A DNA stretch of 64,000 bases from positions 1-64,000 of the IMG/VR virus record IMGVR_UViG_3300002307_000038; one strand, given 5' to 3'. Positions 41,249 through 50,485 of this stretch are shown here, piece after piece. The stretch's first letter is position 1. The number at the start of each line of letters is the position of its first letter. Source of the DNA: a virus. Both the position numbers and the translations under genes were made by a program. The notes under the pieces were generated by a model. It saw only the letters and a list, made by a program, of their open reading frames with translations, made no database searches and was not told the DNA's origin.

Positions 41249-41452
41249 ATGACACAAACTACACAGGAGAAGTATTACTGTGCGGGGCGAGCATGCGATA
41301 AACGCGATACATGCCATAGACACACTAGTAGCATGGGAGTGACAAACGCAAACTTTAATGATTATGATTTGGTAATGATTAGAGAAATCCCAAAGCCCTG
41401 TCAATATTTTGTAGACCGTAATCAAGCAGAAGGTCTACCACCAGCAAAATAA
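41249..41452 (+). CDS. Small Cys-containing hypothetical protein
   Basis: GGAGG RBS; C.G..C...D.C.R motif. Confidence 0.65.
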   Translation: MTQTTQEKYYCAGRACDKRDTCHRHTSSMGVTNANFNDYDLVMIREIPKPCQYFVDRNQAEGLPPAK

Positions 41453-41488
41453 ATCAACGAGCAAGACAACACTAACAGGAGAACTAGT

Positions 41489-42031
41489 ATGAGAATACTC
41501 GCAACCTGGGCAATAATGTCCTTATGCGTTTTACAAATTGGGTTAGTAGAAGCTAAACCCGCACCACAAGCCGACAATCAATTAATCTGTTTGGCTAAAA
41601 ATATCTATTATGAAGCAGGCTTAGAAGCTCGTGACGGCATGATTGCTGTAGCGCAGGTTACACTCAATCGTGCCGAAGACGAGAAGTTCCCTAAGACCAT
41701 CTGCGGAGTGGTAAATCAAAAAACACAGGTAACTGTGGTTAAAGAAAACAAACCAGTGGTTAAAACCATCTGTCAATTTAGTTGGGCCTGCAATCCGCCT
41801 GCACCAGTTAAGTTTGTTAGTGATAGATGGCAGGCAAGTTTAGAAGTAGCCACGCAGGTTATGTATCAAGGTCTACGTTTGGATAACGAAGTTATGGCTG
41901 ATGCACTTTATTTCCATAACCTACAGGTTCGCCCAAATTGGGGATTAGAGCGATTGGCTAAGATTGGCAATCATATCTTTTACAGTGACGATCCTGCACC
42001 AAGAAAACGATTGACAACCGCTCAAAGATAG
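41489..42031 (+). CDS. Cell wall hydrolase (SleB/Hydrolase_2)
   Basis: Signal peptide; CLAKNIYYEA, VAQVTLNR, FP.TICGVV.Q, QFSW, IGNHIFY. Confidence 0.92.
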   Translation: MRILATWAIMSLCVLQIGLVEAKPAPQADNQLICLAKNIYYEAGLEARDGMIAVAQVTLNRAEDEKFPKTICGVVNQKTQVTVVKENKPVVKTICQFSWACNPPAPVKFVSDRWQASLEVATQVMYQGLRLDNEVMADALYFHNLQVRPNWGLERLAKIGNHIFYSDDPAPRKRLTTAQR

Positions 42032-42103
42032 TATATACTAAGTGTTTTAATAAATACAGCAACGGTGCCAAAAGTGCCGTTGCTATTTTATAAAGGACAT
42101 ACC

Positions 42104-42238
42104 ATGTCAAACACTACAGATACACTACCATTACAACCTCTACAAGAACAGACTACTCCAGAAATCCCAAATGTCTGCCAACCCGGCGATAAAGAATGTT
42201 TGGCTAGATTAGTTCAAGCATACAGCGATTGTGATTAA
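42104..42238 (+). CDS. Small hypothetical protein (MSNTTDTLPL...SDCD), not in ORF track
   Basis: AAGGA RBS; TTGACA-17-TATACT at 42011-42039. Confidence 0.55.
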   Translation: MSNTTDTLPLQPLQEQTTPEIPNVCQPGDKECLARLVQAYSDCD

Positions 42239-42305
42239 TCTATTTTAAAAACACCGTTGACCTTGGTCGATAAATATTGTAAAATGTATTATCAATTAGG
42301 GGTCA

Positions 42306-42776
42306 ATGATGACTGTAGATTTTCAAACACTAGAACAATGTCATGTTGTTCACAAGCCTTGGGGTACAGAAACTTGGTTGCAGGGCGGTAGCGATGTTTA
42401 CCCATTTGCACTAAAAGAACTTATCCTACGAGCTGGTTTCGTTACTAGCTTGCAAGTACACCAATTCAAATCAGAATCAATCCATTTACATCAAGGTAAA
42501 GGTGCTCTAGCATATCATCCAAAACCTTTTGACTGTGAGCGTTTCTTAGCTGGCGGTTATACACCAGAAGATATCGAACATATCAAAAGTCAATTGATTG
42601 TACAGCCATTAGAGCCAGGTGCTGTATTCCATACTCCACCTTGTACTATTCATCGTATGATTGCCTACGATGATCTACACTACACAGAAGCTAGCACTAC
42701 ACAATTAGATGACGTGATCCGCTTAGAAGATTCAGCTAACCGCGGACATGGAAGGATCGATTCAGAACATGAGTAA
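42306..42776 (+). CDS. Cupin, mannose-6-phosphate isomerase type II-like
   Basis: KPWG.E, SLQVH..K.E, HR, E.ST..LDDVIRLED. Confidence 0.8.
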   Translation: MMTVDFQTLEQCHVVHKPWGTETWLQGGSDVYPFALKELILRAGFVTSLQVHQFKSESIHLHQGKGALAYHPKPFDCERFLAGGYTPEDIEHIKSQLIVQPLEPGAVFHTPPCTIHRMIAYDDLHYTEASTTQLDDVIRLEDSANRGHGRIDSEHE

Positions 42777-44313
42777 ACCATTAACAGTACTAATCCTTGC
42801 AGCAGGCTACGGTCGCCGTATGGGACAGTTTAGCCGCATGATTCCTAAAGCACTTGTGCCGTACGATAACAAGCCTTTAGTAAGTCATATTATGAGCAAG
42901 TTTGATCCCAACACTAAGTTTGTTATTGCCTGTGGGCACATGGGTCAATTGATCAAAGACTATGTAAGTGAAGTACATAAAGATAAAAACGTAGTCTATG
43001 TTGATATCGACAACTACGCAGAAGGCGACACAGGGCCAGCAACTACTATTCAAATGTGCCAAGAACATATCCGTGGTGGATTCATGTGGTTGAGTTGCGA
43101 TACCCTATTTGACTTTGACTATAAAGATAAGTTAGATCATAATTGGATTGGCGTACATCCTGTAGATTCAAATATCAGTCAAGACTACTGTTGGATTGAG
43201 CGTGACGGTGAAACTATTACCCAAGTACATAACAAAGTAGCTAGTAAAACAGCCGTTGATGCATTCATTGGTCTAATGTATGCGACAGATGATGCCTACT
43301 TGGATAACCTAATTGCCCGTAGTGCTAAAGAAACACCAGAAGGGTTTGGCGGACTGGATCTTCGAGCACATACTGTTAGAGGATGGCAGGACTTTGGTAC
43401 CTACGAAAAATGGGAAGAACTATCAAATGAACTATTTGATGTTAGTTTTCCTAAACCAGATGAATTGTTCTATAACGACAATCGTCAGATCATTAAATTT
43501 TGGACTAGCCCAAAGCATGCTGACCTAAGAGTTAAGCGTGCTATGGCCAATCCAGGATGTATGCCAAATAATGTACGTAAGAGTGGAACATTCTTAATAC
43601 ATGACTTTGCTGATGGTGATATTGTCTACAATCAATATACACCTGCACTATATGAAAATATGTTGGCATGGTGTAAGGCCAGTCTATGGAAAGATGCACC
43701 GCACGCAGACAATGAAGACATTGATCATCTTGAAGTTTGTAAAAAATTCTATTACGACAAGACCATGGAACGTGTAGAAATGTTCCGTGCTAAGTATCCA
43801 ACTTGGTCCGAGCCGTGTGTAGTCAACGGTGTTGAAGTAGATACAATCGATACCTACTTGAGTAAGATTGATTGGGCGTACCTATGTACTGAAACTGTGT
43901 GGAAATTTGTACACGGAGACCTACACTTTGATAATACAATTTACGATCCCGTTAGTGGACGTTTCACAGCTATTGATTGGCGTACTGATTTTGGTGGTGA
44001 GCTATATGGTGATCAATACTATGACCTAGCTAAGATGTTAGGTGGCTTACACCTAAGTTATAAAGATATCAAACATGAGAAGTATGGTTATAAAGAAGTC
44101 AATGACTATGCAACATTAGATATACCTAGTGTAAGATTAGTCAATGACTACGAGCAGATCCTAAGAGAGTGGGTAGAAGCACAGGGTCTTGATTGGCGCA
44201 AGGTTAAACTCCTAGTGCCTATTATCTACTTGAACATGAGCCCATTACATGAAGCACCATTTGACAAGTTCCTAGTGGCACTTGCACAACTACACTTTAG
44301 CAAGGTATTATAA
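42769..44313 (+). CDS. Sugar nucleotidyltransferase fused to APH/choline-kinase-like phosphotransferase
   Basis: ILAAGYGRR...PKAL N-terminus; HGDLHFDN, IDWR, YDLAK C-terminus. Confidence 0.85.
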   Translation: MSKPLTVLILAAGYGRRMGQFSRMIPKALVPYDNKPLVSHIMSKFDPNTKFVIACGHMGQLIKDYVSEVHKDKNVVYVDIDNYAEGDTGPATTIQMCQEHIRGGFMWLSCDTLFDFDYKDKLDHNWIGVHPVDSNISQDYCWIERDGETITQVHNKVASKTAVDAFIGLMYATDDAYLDNLIARSAKETPEGFGGLDLRAHTVRGWQDFGTYEKWEELSNELFDVSFPKPDELFYNDNRQIIKFWTSPKHADLRVKRAMANPGCMPNNVRKSGTFLIHDFADGDIVYNQYTPALYENMLAWCKASLWKDAPHADNEDIDHLEVCKKFYYDKTMERVEMFRAKYPTWSEPCVVNGVEVDTIDTYLSKIDWAYLCTETVWKFVHGDLHFDNTIYDPVSGRFTAIDWRTDFGGELYGDQYYDLAKMLGGLHLSYKDIKHEKYGYKEVNDYATLDIPSVRLVNDYEQILREWVEAQGLDWRKVKLLVPIIYLNMSPLHEAPFDKFLVALAQLHFSKVL

Positions 44314-44783
44314 TGTATAAAAGATTTATATTAGACGTAGACGGCGTACTAAATGATGGTATGCTCTATTGGGGAGCAACTGGTAAGCCCTTTAAGGCCT
44401 TTGGTAACTATGATCACGATGGTCTTAAGTTATTGCGCAGTCACTTAGATATTGAGTTTGTAAGTGCTGATGAAAATGGCTACGGTATTACATACAATCG
44501 CATAGTTGAGCATATGAAGTTTCCTTTGACCATGGTTAAAGAAAAGGATCGCCTAAACTTTGTACTCAGCAAAGGTGATCCAAGTGAAACAATCTTTATG
44601 GGTGATGGCCCGTACGATGCTAAGATCATGCCTCATGTGGGATTAAGTTTTGCTCCAGCGCAGGCTTGGAGAACAGCTATAAATGCAGCCACGTATGTGA
44701 CCAAACGTGATGGCGGCAAAGGTGCTGTTATGGATGCTTGTATTATTATTATGGATAAGATGGGGATAGAACATGGATTTTAG
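44313..44783 (+). CDS. KdsC-like HAD phosphatase
   Basis: LDVDGVL.DG, K.F...D.DG, MGD...D, GGKGAV. Confidence 0.85.
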   Translation: MYKRFILDVDGVLNDGMLYWGATGKPFKAFGNYDHDGLKLLRSHLDIEFVSADENGYGITYNRIVEHMKFPLTMVKEKDRLNFVLSKGDPSETIFMGDGPYDAKIMPHVGLSFAPAQAWRTAINAATYVTKRDGGKGAVMDACIIIMDKMGIEHGF

Positions 44784-45759
44784 ATTAGGATTTGGGCCAA
44801 TGAGCCGCGAGGTAATTACAGCTATTTGTAATTATGCACAAGAAAACAAACAGCCACTGATGTTAATTTCAAGTCGCAATCAAATTGATGCAGACAGTGG
44901 TTATGTGATGACAACTCCAGAATATAGAAGTTTGTTGCAGACGTTACCAACAGAATATATTTGGACCTGTCGCGATCATTGCGGTCCTTACTTCCTAGAT
45001 GTTGAAAAAGGTCTAGATCTACGTGCGGCGGTAGAAGCAACTAAGAAAACTATTGCCTATGATATTGAACAGGGCTATGATCTAATACACATTGATACTA
45101 GTCGTGTAGGCGATGCTGAAACATTTAATATCGCAGAAGAACTATTTGAATTCTGTTTAAAATTTAATCCAAAAATTCAATTTGAATTTGGCACAGAAGA
45201 AAACGTAGGTGTTGCAGCGGGCATTATCAAGTACAAGCAAGATGTGGCCTTTGCTAAAAACATTCCTAACATCAAGTTTGTTGTGGCACAAACAGGTAGT
45301 CTATGTCACGAAGATCACCAAGCAGGTATCTTTGACTATGCGGCTGCTGTTGAATTAGTTGGTGTTGCTAATGCCAATGGTGTTCAACTAAAAGAGCATA
45401 ATGCAGACTATCTAACTCCAGCAGAGATTCAATTGCGTAGAGATGCAGGTGTGCATGCTCTAAACATTGCACCACAACTAGGCGTAGTACAGACCAAACT
45501 ATTACGAGCATTGGCCAGCAAGTATGCACCCACTGAATGGGCAGAGTTTGCTCAGGTAGTATTGGCTAGCCGTCGCTGGACTAAATGGACTGACCTAAAC
45601 GATGACCTACAAAAGGTAAACGTTGCAGGACATTATTCATTTGCCTCACCAGAATATCAACGCCTAGTTGATAAATTACAAGCATCTAATGTAGATTGGC
45701 AAGGCGAAGTTAGCTGTGCTATCTATTCAATTTTAGACACCTACACAAAGAACCTATAA
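44773..45759 (+). CDS. GatZ/KbaZ-like TIM-barrel (tagatose aldolase/epimerase family)
   Basis: GPMS, SRNQID...GY, RDHCGP, IHID, E.GTEE, KEHNADY, NIAPQLG. Confidence 0.7.
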   Translation: MDFRLGFGPMSREVITAICNYAQENKQPLMLISSRNQIDADSGYVMTTPEYRSLLQTLPTEYIWTCRDHCGPYFLDVEKGLDLRAAVEATKKTIAYDIEQGYDLIHIDTSRVGDAETFNIAEELFEFCLKFNPKIQFEFGTEENVGVAAGIIKYKQDVAFAKNIPNIKFVVAQTGSLCHEDHQAGIFDYAAAVELVGVANANGVQLKEHNADYLTPAEIQLRRDAGVHALNIAPQLGVVQTKLLRALASKYAPTEWAEFAQVVLASRRWTKWTDLNDDLQKVNVAGHYSFASPEYQRLVDKLQASNVDWQGEVSCAIYSILDTYTKNL

Positions 45760-46850
45760 TGATTGTATTATTCAATGTAAAGATTACAGATATCCGTATG
45801 GGCTATCCCTATACACGTGCTCGTTGGATGCCAGAGTCTGTGCGCTACGATGTATTTCGCTACTGTCTGGCTAGCCACGCTGTATTAAAACCTGTAGTAG
45901 ATAAGTATGTTTTCTGTATTACCATGGCCCCAGAGTTAGCTCATCGTCAAGAAGAATTAGAAGAATATATCTATTCAATCTTTCCTGAAGAACTAGTGGA
46001 CCTAACCTGGGCACGCAATGACACAGGTGCAGATTGGCGCAAGACCTGTGATCGTGTGCTATCTGATCCCAATCAACTTGTATGGTTAGCTGCCAACGAT
46101 GACCATATCTTTATTGATCGTAACTTGGACATGGTTGAAAGTGCTATTGCAACTCTTAATGCTGACCCAGATCCCAATGCCATTGTCTATTACAGCCATT
46201 GGCCAGAACAAATGCGTATGGCATATCACTTAGGTGGTAAACCTACTGAAGATGGCAATTGGATCAAATACCAATGGGAAAACTTTGATGGTATTATGAT
46301 TCTCAAAGCTGGACGTTTAAGCAAATACTGGGACCGTGACTATGGTGCCGCACTGATGTTCAAACCAGACTATCTAGGCGCACATCACGGATATAAATGT
46401 CCGGGTACAGTATATGCACCTACTAGAGAGATGGTTCGCCATTATGAAGGTTACAGTCATGTAGGTAACGGATGTGATAATGTTGTACCTCCATTGTTTG
46501 TTCCACCTGGCTTCTTTGAAAAGCAAATGGTAATCCGCATGGGCTATGTAGATCGTGATGACACAGCTACTAACTTCAATCCAGGATACGAATGGTTATA
46601 CAATCATGCTCCGGGTGGTACAGATTATCGTTGGGTAGAAGAAGACATTCCGTTGTTCTGGATGGATCATATTGTGGAGATTAACTCCAGTCTAGACTAT
46701 GATCAAGAACAAATGAACCGGGCACGTGACGCAGCATTTCTAGCCGGCACACGTGTTCCGATGAAATGCTTTAATATTCAATTTACACACCAGGATGCCG
46801 CTCCGGCTGAATGGTTCTCAAAACAACTCTTGACAACTCAACCAAAATAG
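45759..46850 (+). CDS. Hypothetical, possible GT-A glycosyltransferase
   Basis: NDDHIF acidic motif; cluster context. Confidence 0.45.
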   Translation: MIVLFNVKITDIRMGYPYTRARWMPESVRYDVFRYCLASHAVLKPVVDKYVFCITMAPELAHRQEELEEYIYSIFPEELVDLTWARNDTGADWRKTCDRVLSDPNQLVWLAANDDHIFIDRNLDMVESAIATLNADPDPNAIVYYSHWPEQMRMAYHLGGKPTEDGNWIKYQWENFDGIMILKAGRLSKYWDRDYGAALMFKPDYLGAHHGYKCPGTVYAPTREMVRHYEGYSHVGNGCDNVVPPLFVPPGFFEKQMVIRMGYVDRDDTATNFNPGYEWLYNHAPGGTDYRWVEEDIPLFWMDHIVEINSSLDYDQEQMNRARDAAFLAGTRVPMKCFNIQFTHQDAAPAEWFSKQLLTTQPK

Positions 46851-46887
46851 TGTATACTGGCCCTTATAGTAAGTAACAAGGGTCAGT

Positions 46888-47196
46888 ATGAAAATAACTA
46901 AATTAGACGGGCGATACACAGCCAACCGTAGATGGGGATTCGCATATAGTGTGACTTTCCCAGGCCACGCTTGGAAAAAGTATTATGCCTTAAAAAGCCA
47001 AGCTGAAAAAATGCACGGCTCTACTATAGATATTGGTCGTAGGTATATATGGCGAGATGAAGCTACTAAATTAACATCATCACCTTGGGCTTACAAATAT
47101 ACTAGATCCCGTGAAGACAGTTTTGTCTATTTCCGCACAGAAGAAGTAATGGATCAAACAATTATGATGTATGGGCTAACACGTGAGGATAATTAA
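46888..47196 (+). CDS. Hypothetical protein (paralog of next ORF)
   Basis: MKITKLDGRY; TTGACA-17-TATACT at 46830-46858. Confidence 0.7.
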   Translation: MKITKLDGRYTANRRWGFAYSVTFPGHAWKKYYALKSQAEKMHGSTIDIGRRYIWRDEATKLTSSPWAYKYTRSREDSFVYFRTEEVMDQTIMMYGLTREDN

Positions 47197-47467
47197 ACTA
47201 GATCGTAGACATGCACTGAGTCATAAGTGGAAATATGCTCTACACTTTGGCACCAGAACGCATGAAAGAAAACACCAGTTGAGGTATGCTCGGGGGTTTA
47301 TGCAAATATATGGTCCTAGTTACCATGTCAACGAAGATCGTGCTGTATTAGACACCAGCAAACCATTTTGGATATTCAATGACAATTGGTATAGAGATGA
47401 TAAACGTGGGCGCATCTACTTTAATAATGAATCTGATATCACAGCTATAGAATTAATTATTGCTTGA
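47183..47467 (+). CDS. Hypothetical protein
   Basis: MRIIKLDRRH, similar to upstream ORF. Confidence 0.65.
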   Translation: MRIIKLDRRHALSHKWKYALHFGTRTHERKHQLRYARGFMQIYGPSYHVNEDRAVLDTSKPFWIFNDNWYRDDKRGRIYFNNESDITAIELIIA

Positions 47468-47492
47468 CATTTTGGTTTAATGAGTCTACACT
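47464..47492 (+). promoter_or_regulatory. Repeated early promoter copy 1
   Basis: TTGACATTTTGGTTTAATGAGTCTACACT. Confidence 0.75.
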
Positions 47493-47536
47493 AGCATTTG
47501 TTTAGTTAATTAAGATAACACAACAGGAGCAATATC

Positions 47537-47710
47537 ATGGCAGGCAAAGCAACTTCGGTTTACCTTACAGTAAGCGACAAACTAACACACAAGACAATCC
47601 TGCACAAGGTATTCTTTAACATGAATGGGCTTAACGAATTTGTAGGCACAGATGCATTTAAAGAACAGTATCCTATAGACAAATATTACCTATCAAAAGA
47701 AACCTATTAA
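47537..47710 (+). CDS. Small hypothetical protein (MAGKATSVYL...), not in ORF track
   Basis: AGGAG RBS after promoter. Confidence 0.7.
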   Translation: MAGKATSVYLTVSDKLTHKTILHKVFFNMNGLNEFVGTDAFKEQYPIDKYYLSKETY

Positions 47711-47937
47711 TGGCCTTAGAAGTTATCCGAGAAGTAACAGAGTGGGCTGTTGATTATAGACAGCCCAATCATGTTTACCTAATGAATGGTGAACGGGTTT
47801 TAGGTTACCAAAAGTGGGGTTTGGGCGAACCTATATACTATACTACCAAACAAAAGCTGGACAAGCGTGGACGCAAGTTCGAGAAAGTTGCACTTGAAAA
47901 TAGCCCGTTTAAAACGGTTGACATTTTGGTTAAATGA
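47710..47937 (+). CDS. Hypothetical protein
   Basis: TAATG coupling. Confidence 0.65.
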   Translation: MALEVIREVTEWAVDYRQPNHVYLMNGERVLGYQKWGLGEPIYYTTKQKLDKRGRKFEKVALENSPFKTVDILVK

Positions 47938-47946
47938 GTCTACAAT
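47918..47946 (+). promoter_or_regulatory. Repeated early promoter copy 2
   Basis: TTGACATTTTGGTTAAATGAGTCTACAAT. Confidence 0.8.
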
Positions 47947-47977
47947 AGCATTTAACAGTTAACGCAAAGGAAAGAAA

Positions 47978-48265
47978 ATGAAAAACTTAGCACAGTACAT
48001 TGAACGTAAAAATGCATGGGCACGTATTTTTAATAATCCAACCTATGATGTTAATAATCTGTCAGAACGCGATTGTCAAAATTTATACGATAGTTTAGAC
48101 AATGATCTAAGCCCAGAGAACTTGGCCTGTGACGGTGAACGTAGTGGTGCACAAGTTCGTCAATTTGCACGTTTTTATAATGCAGCGGCTAAAGAATTAG
48201 TTAAAATAATTCGCGCTAACGATTATACAATTCCATACGCTGATTTTAAAGAACTTAGATATTAA
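47978..48265 (+). CDS. Hypothetical phage protein
   Basis: LSPENL.CDGE motif; RBS. Confidence 0.7.
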   Translation: MKNLAQYIERKNAWARIFNNPTYDVNNLSERDCQNLYDSLDNDLSPENLACDGERSGAQVRQFARFYNAAAKELVKIIRANDYTIPYADFKELRY

Positions 48266-48279
48266 CAGCAGGAGCAAAT

Positions 48280-48585
48280 ATGAGTTTCTGGGCACCGCAA
48301 ACTAATAAAGAATCTAAAACACTAAGCAAGCTAATGGAAGATCCTACTGAATCTGCTAAGATTTTAGAACGTAGAAAAGATCTAAAGCTAATAGCAGAAT
48401 TAGCAAAACTTCATGACAAAATGCGAGATGCCTTTGCTGATCCTATCCAAGCACAAGCACACCAAAAAAATATAGTTTGTTTGTACACTGAAATGGGAGT
48501 AGTAGCTGCTTGCGATAAATTAGCAGAAGAATATCAAGTTGATGCTTGGTGGTGTTACGGATCAACTAATCCATTTAGTCATTGA
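48280..48585 (+). CDS. Hypothetical protein
   Basis: AGGAG RBS. Confidence 0.65.
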   Translation: MSFWAPQTNKESKTLSKLMEDPTESAKILERRKDLKLIAELAKLHDKMRDAFADPIQAQAHQKNIVCLYTEMGVVAACDKLAEEYQVDAWWCYGSTNPFSH

Positions 48586-48610
48586 CATTTTGGTTTCTTG
48601 AGTGTATAAT
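48582..48610 (+). promoter_or_regulatory. Repeated early promoter copy 3
   Basis: TTGACATTTTGGTTTCTTGAGTGTATAAT. Confidence 0.85.
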
Positions 48611-48644
48611 GCTACACATACACTAACAACACAGGAAGAATATT

Positions 48645-48857
48645 ATGTTTGAAACTTGCGCAAAACAGTTAGTTTTAGTTACATTAACAAACCAAAAAGT
48701 TGTTACAGAATTCTACAACGGTACGCTGTTTGTGCGTACTATCACTGAAGACCAAGCTCGTTCAGTGTTCCACGCATTTTGTAAGTCATTGGGTCAGGGC
48801 AAGGTACAGGTTAGCCCAATTGGTGACACAGGTGAATACGCTTACGATTTCATTTAA
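48645..48857 (+). CDS. Hypothetical protein
   Basis: RBS after promoter. Confidence 0.65.
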   Translation: MFETCAKQLVLVTLTNQKVVTEFYNGTLFVRTITEDQARSVFHAFCKSLGQGKVQVSPIGDTGEYAYDFI

Positions 48858-49009
48858 CCCTACATCGACCTGACATACTCTCGTAGCTTATACGAGCCAA
48901 GAGTTGGTCGCTTGGAAGTTTTCTTCTGTAGCTATGCGGAAACAATAAGCAATAGCAAAGGGCAATAGATAGTCATGTGATAGTCCTATATCTATGTTAT
49001 ATTTTTAGA

Positions 49010-49038
49010 TTGACATTTTGGTTAATCGAGCGTACAAT
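49010..49038 (+). promoter_or_regulatory. Repeated early promoter copy 4
   Basis: TTGACATTTTGGTTAATCGAGCGTACAAT. Confidence 0.8.
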
Positions 49039-49067
49039 GGCATTTGTTTAGATAACAGGGAGTTGAT

Positions 49068-49166
49068 ATGTTTGTTTGGTTATATATAATTTTCCTAATA
49101 GGTTTGTTAATTGGCGCAGTAGGTGGTTACTACTGTGGTCTTAAATTTGCTTATGGTCAGGAGTAG
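49068..49166 (+). CDS. 32-aa membrane peptide (MFVWLYIIFLIGLLIGAVGG...)
   Basis: GGGAG RBS; single hydrophobic helix. Confidence 0.5.
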   Translation: MFVWLYIIFLIGLLIGAVGGYYCGLKFAYGQE

Positions 49167-49394
49167 TTGATGGAACAGGTTAAATTGACTCGTAAAGAAC
49201 GTCGAGACGTAATCGCAAGATGCGAAGCAGAACTAGCACGTGAAGCTAAACGTGCTAAGTTAGATGCTAGTCTAGAACGTTTATTAACACGTGCGGGCAA
49301 AGATGGCTTTCATATTAGTAAAAAATTGTTTGCACACACAATCCAAAAAGATTCAGAGCGTTTTGAATTTGTGGATTACCAACCAATGCGCTAG
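49167..49394 (+). CDS. Hypothetical protein
   Basis: AGGAG RBS. Confidence 0.6.
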   Translation: MMEQVKLTRKERRDVIARCEAELAREAKRAKLDASLERLLTRAGKDGFHISKKLFAHTIQKDSERFEFVDYQPMR

Positions 49395-49405
49395 TAAAAT
49401 ACAGA

Positions 49406-49434
49406 TTGACAAGCGCACGCAGAGGCGCTATAAT
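49406..49434 (+). promoter_or_regulatory. sigma70-type promoter
   Basis: TTGACA-17-TATAAT. Confidence 0.85.
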
Positions 49435-49462
49435 AACGAAACATTAATAAGGAGCATAGACA

Positions 49463-50485
49463 ATGCATAGTTTTGTTAAGATTAAAAACGGTAGCTATCG
49501 TAATCAACAGGTTAACGATGAGGTATTTCCACTTGTAAAACACTATCAAGTTGGTAGTAAAGGTGGCTTTATTACTGTTGACGGTACAGGACAGTTTGGT
49601 AAAGATAAAATTAGAGTACTGGTTAAAAATCCTGCAGATATTGAATTTGTAGACGCTAGTGATTACACAGGCGCAATTAAAACTACAGTACCTGACACAC
49701 ATGCAGGACAAACAGATGAAGAACGTATTGCAGACATTGCACAACGTTTTGAAATTTTAGATCAAATGACTAAAGCAACACTAAACGGTGATATACGTGC
49801 GGTGATTGTAAGTGGTCCTCCAGGTGTAGGTAAAAGCTACACAGTAGAAACAGAAATTGAACGTGCTAACTTGTTTACACAGGTAGCTAGCAGAAAACCT
49901 AAACACACTATTGTAAAAGGTAGTGCTAGTGCTATTGGTTTGTACAAGGTATTGTACGAATACAGCGACGAAAACAGCGTGGTTGTATTTGACGATTGCG
50001 ACAGCATCTTGTTTGATGACGTTAGCTTGAACTTGCTAAAAGGTGCGTTGGACAGTGGCAAGGCACGTAAGATTAGTTGGTTGAGTGAATCACGTGTGCT
50101 TAAAGACGAACAAATTCCTAACAGTTTTATGTTTAAGGGTAGTGTAATTTTTATTACTAACTTAAAGTTTGATGCTGTACGTAGTCAACGTCTTAAAGAT
50201 CACTTAGAAGCATTACAGTCACGCTGTCACTATTTAGATTTGACATTAGACACAATGCGTGATAAGATCTTGCGTATTCGTCAAATTGCTAAAACTGGAC
50301 AATTATTTGCAGACATGGGCATTACTGAAGTTGGGCAAGACGTTATTATTGACTTCTTAGATGCTAACAAAAACAAATTCCGTGAAATGAGTTTGCGTAT
50401 GGCAATTAAGGTAGCGCAACTTTACAAGAGCTTTCCAAATAATTGGGAAGCGTTGGCTAAAACAACTTGTATGAAAGCAGGTTAA
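49463..50485 (+). CDS. P-loop AAA-type ATPase
   Basis: GPPGVGKS Walker A, VVVFDDCD Walker B, FITN, AL.SR. Confidence 0.85.
   Translation: MHSFVKIKNGSYRNQQVNDEVFPLVKHYQVGSKGGFITVDGTGQFGKDKIRVLVKNPADIEFVDASDYTGAIKTTVPDTHAGQTDEERIADIAQRFEILDQMTKATLNGDIRAVIVSGPPGVGKSYTVETEIERANLFTQVASRKPKHTIVKGSASAIGLYKVLYEYSDENSVVVFDDCDSILFDDVSLNLLKGALDSGKARKISWLSESRVLKDEQIPNSFMFKGSVIFITNLKFDAVRSQRLKDHLEALQSRCHYLDLTLDTMRDKILRIRQIAKTGQLFADMGITEVGQDVIIDFLDANKNKFREMSLRMAIKVAQLYKSFPNNWEALAKTTCMKAG

Noticed and set aside
47464-49038. Repeated TTGACATTTTGGTT as a CRISPR array
   Set aside because: Spacing is hundreds of bases, contains ORFs, and repeats are promoters; no cas genes
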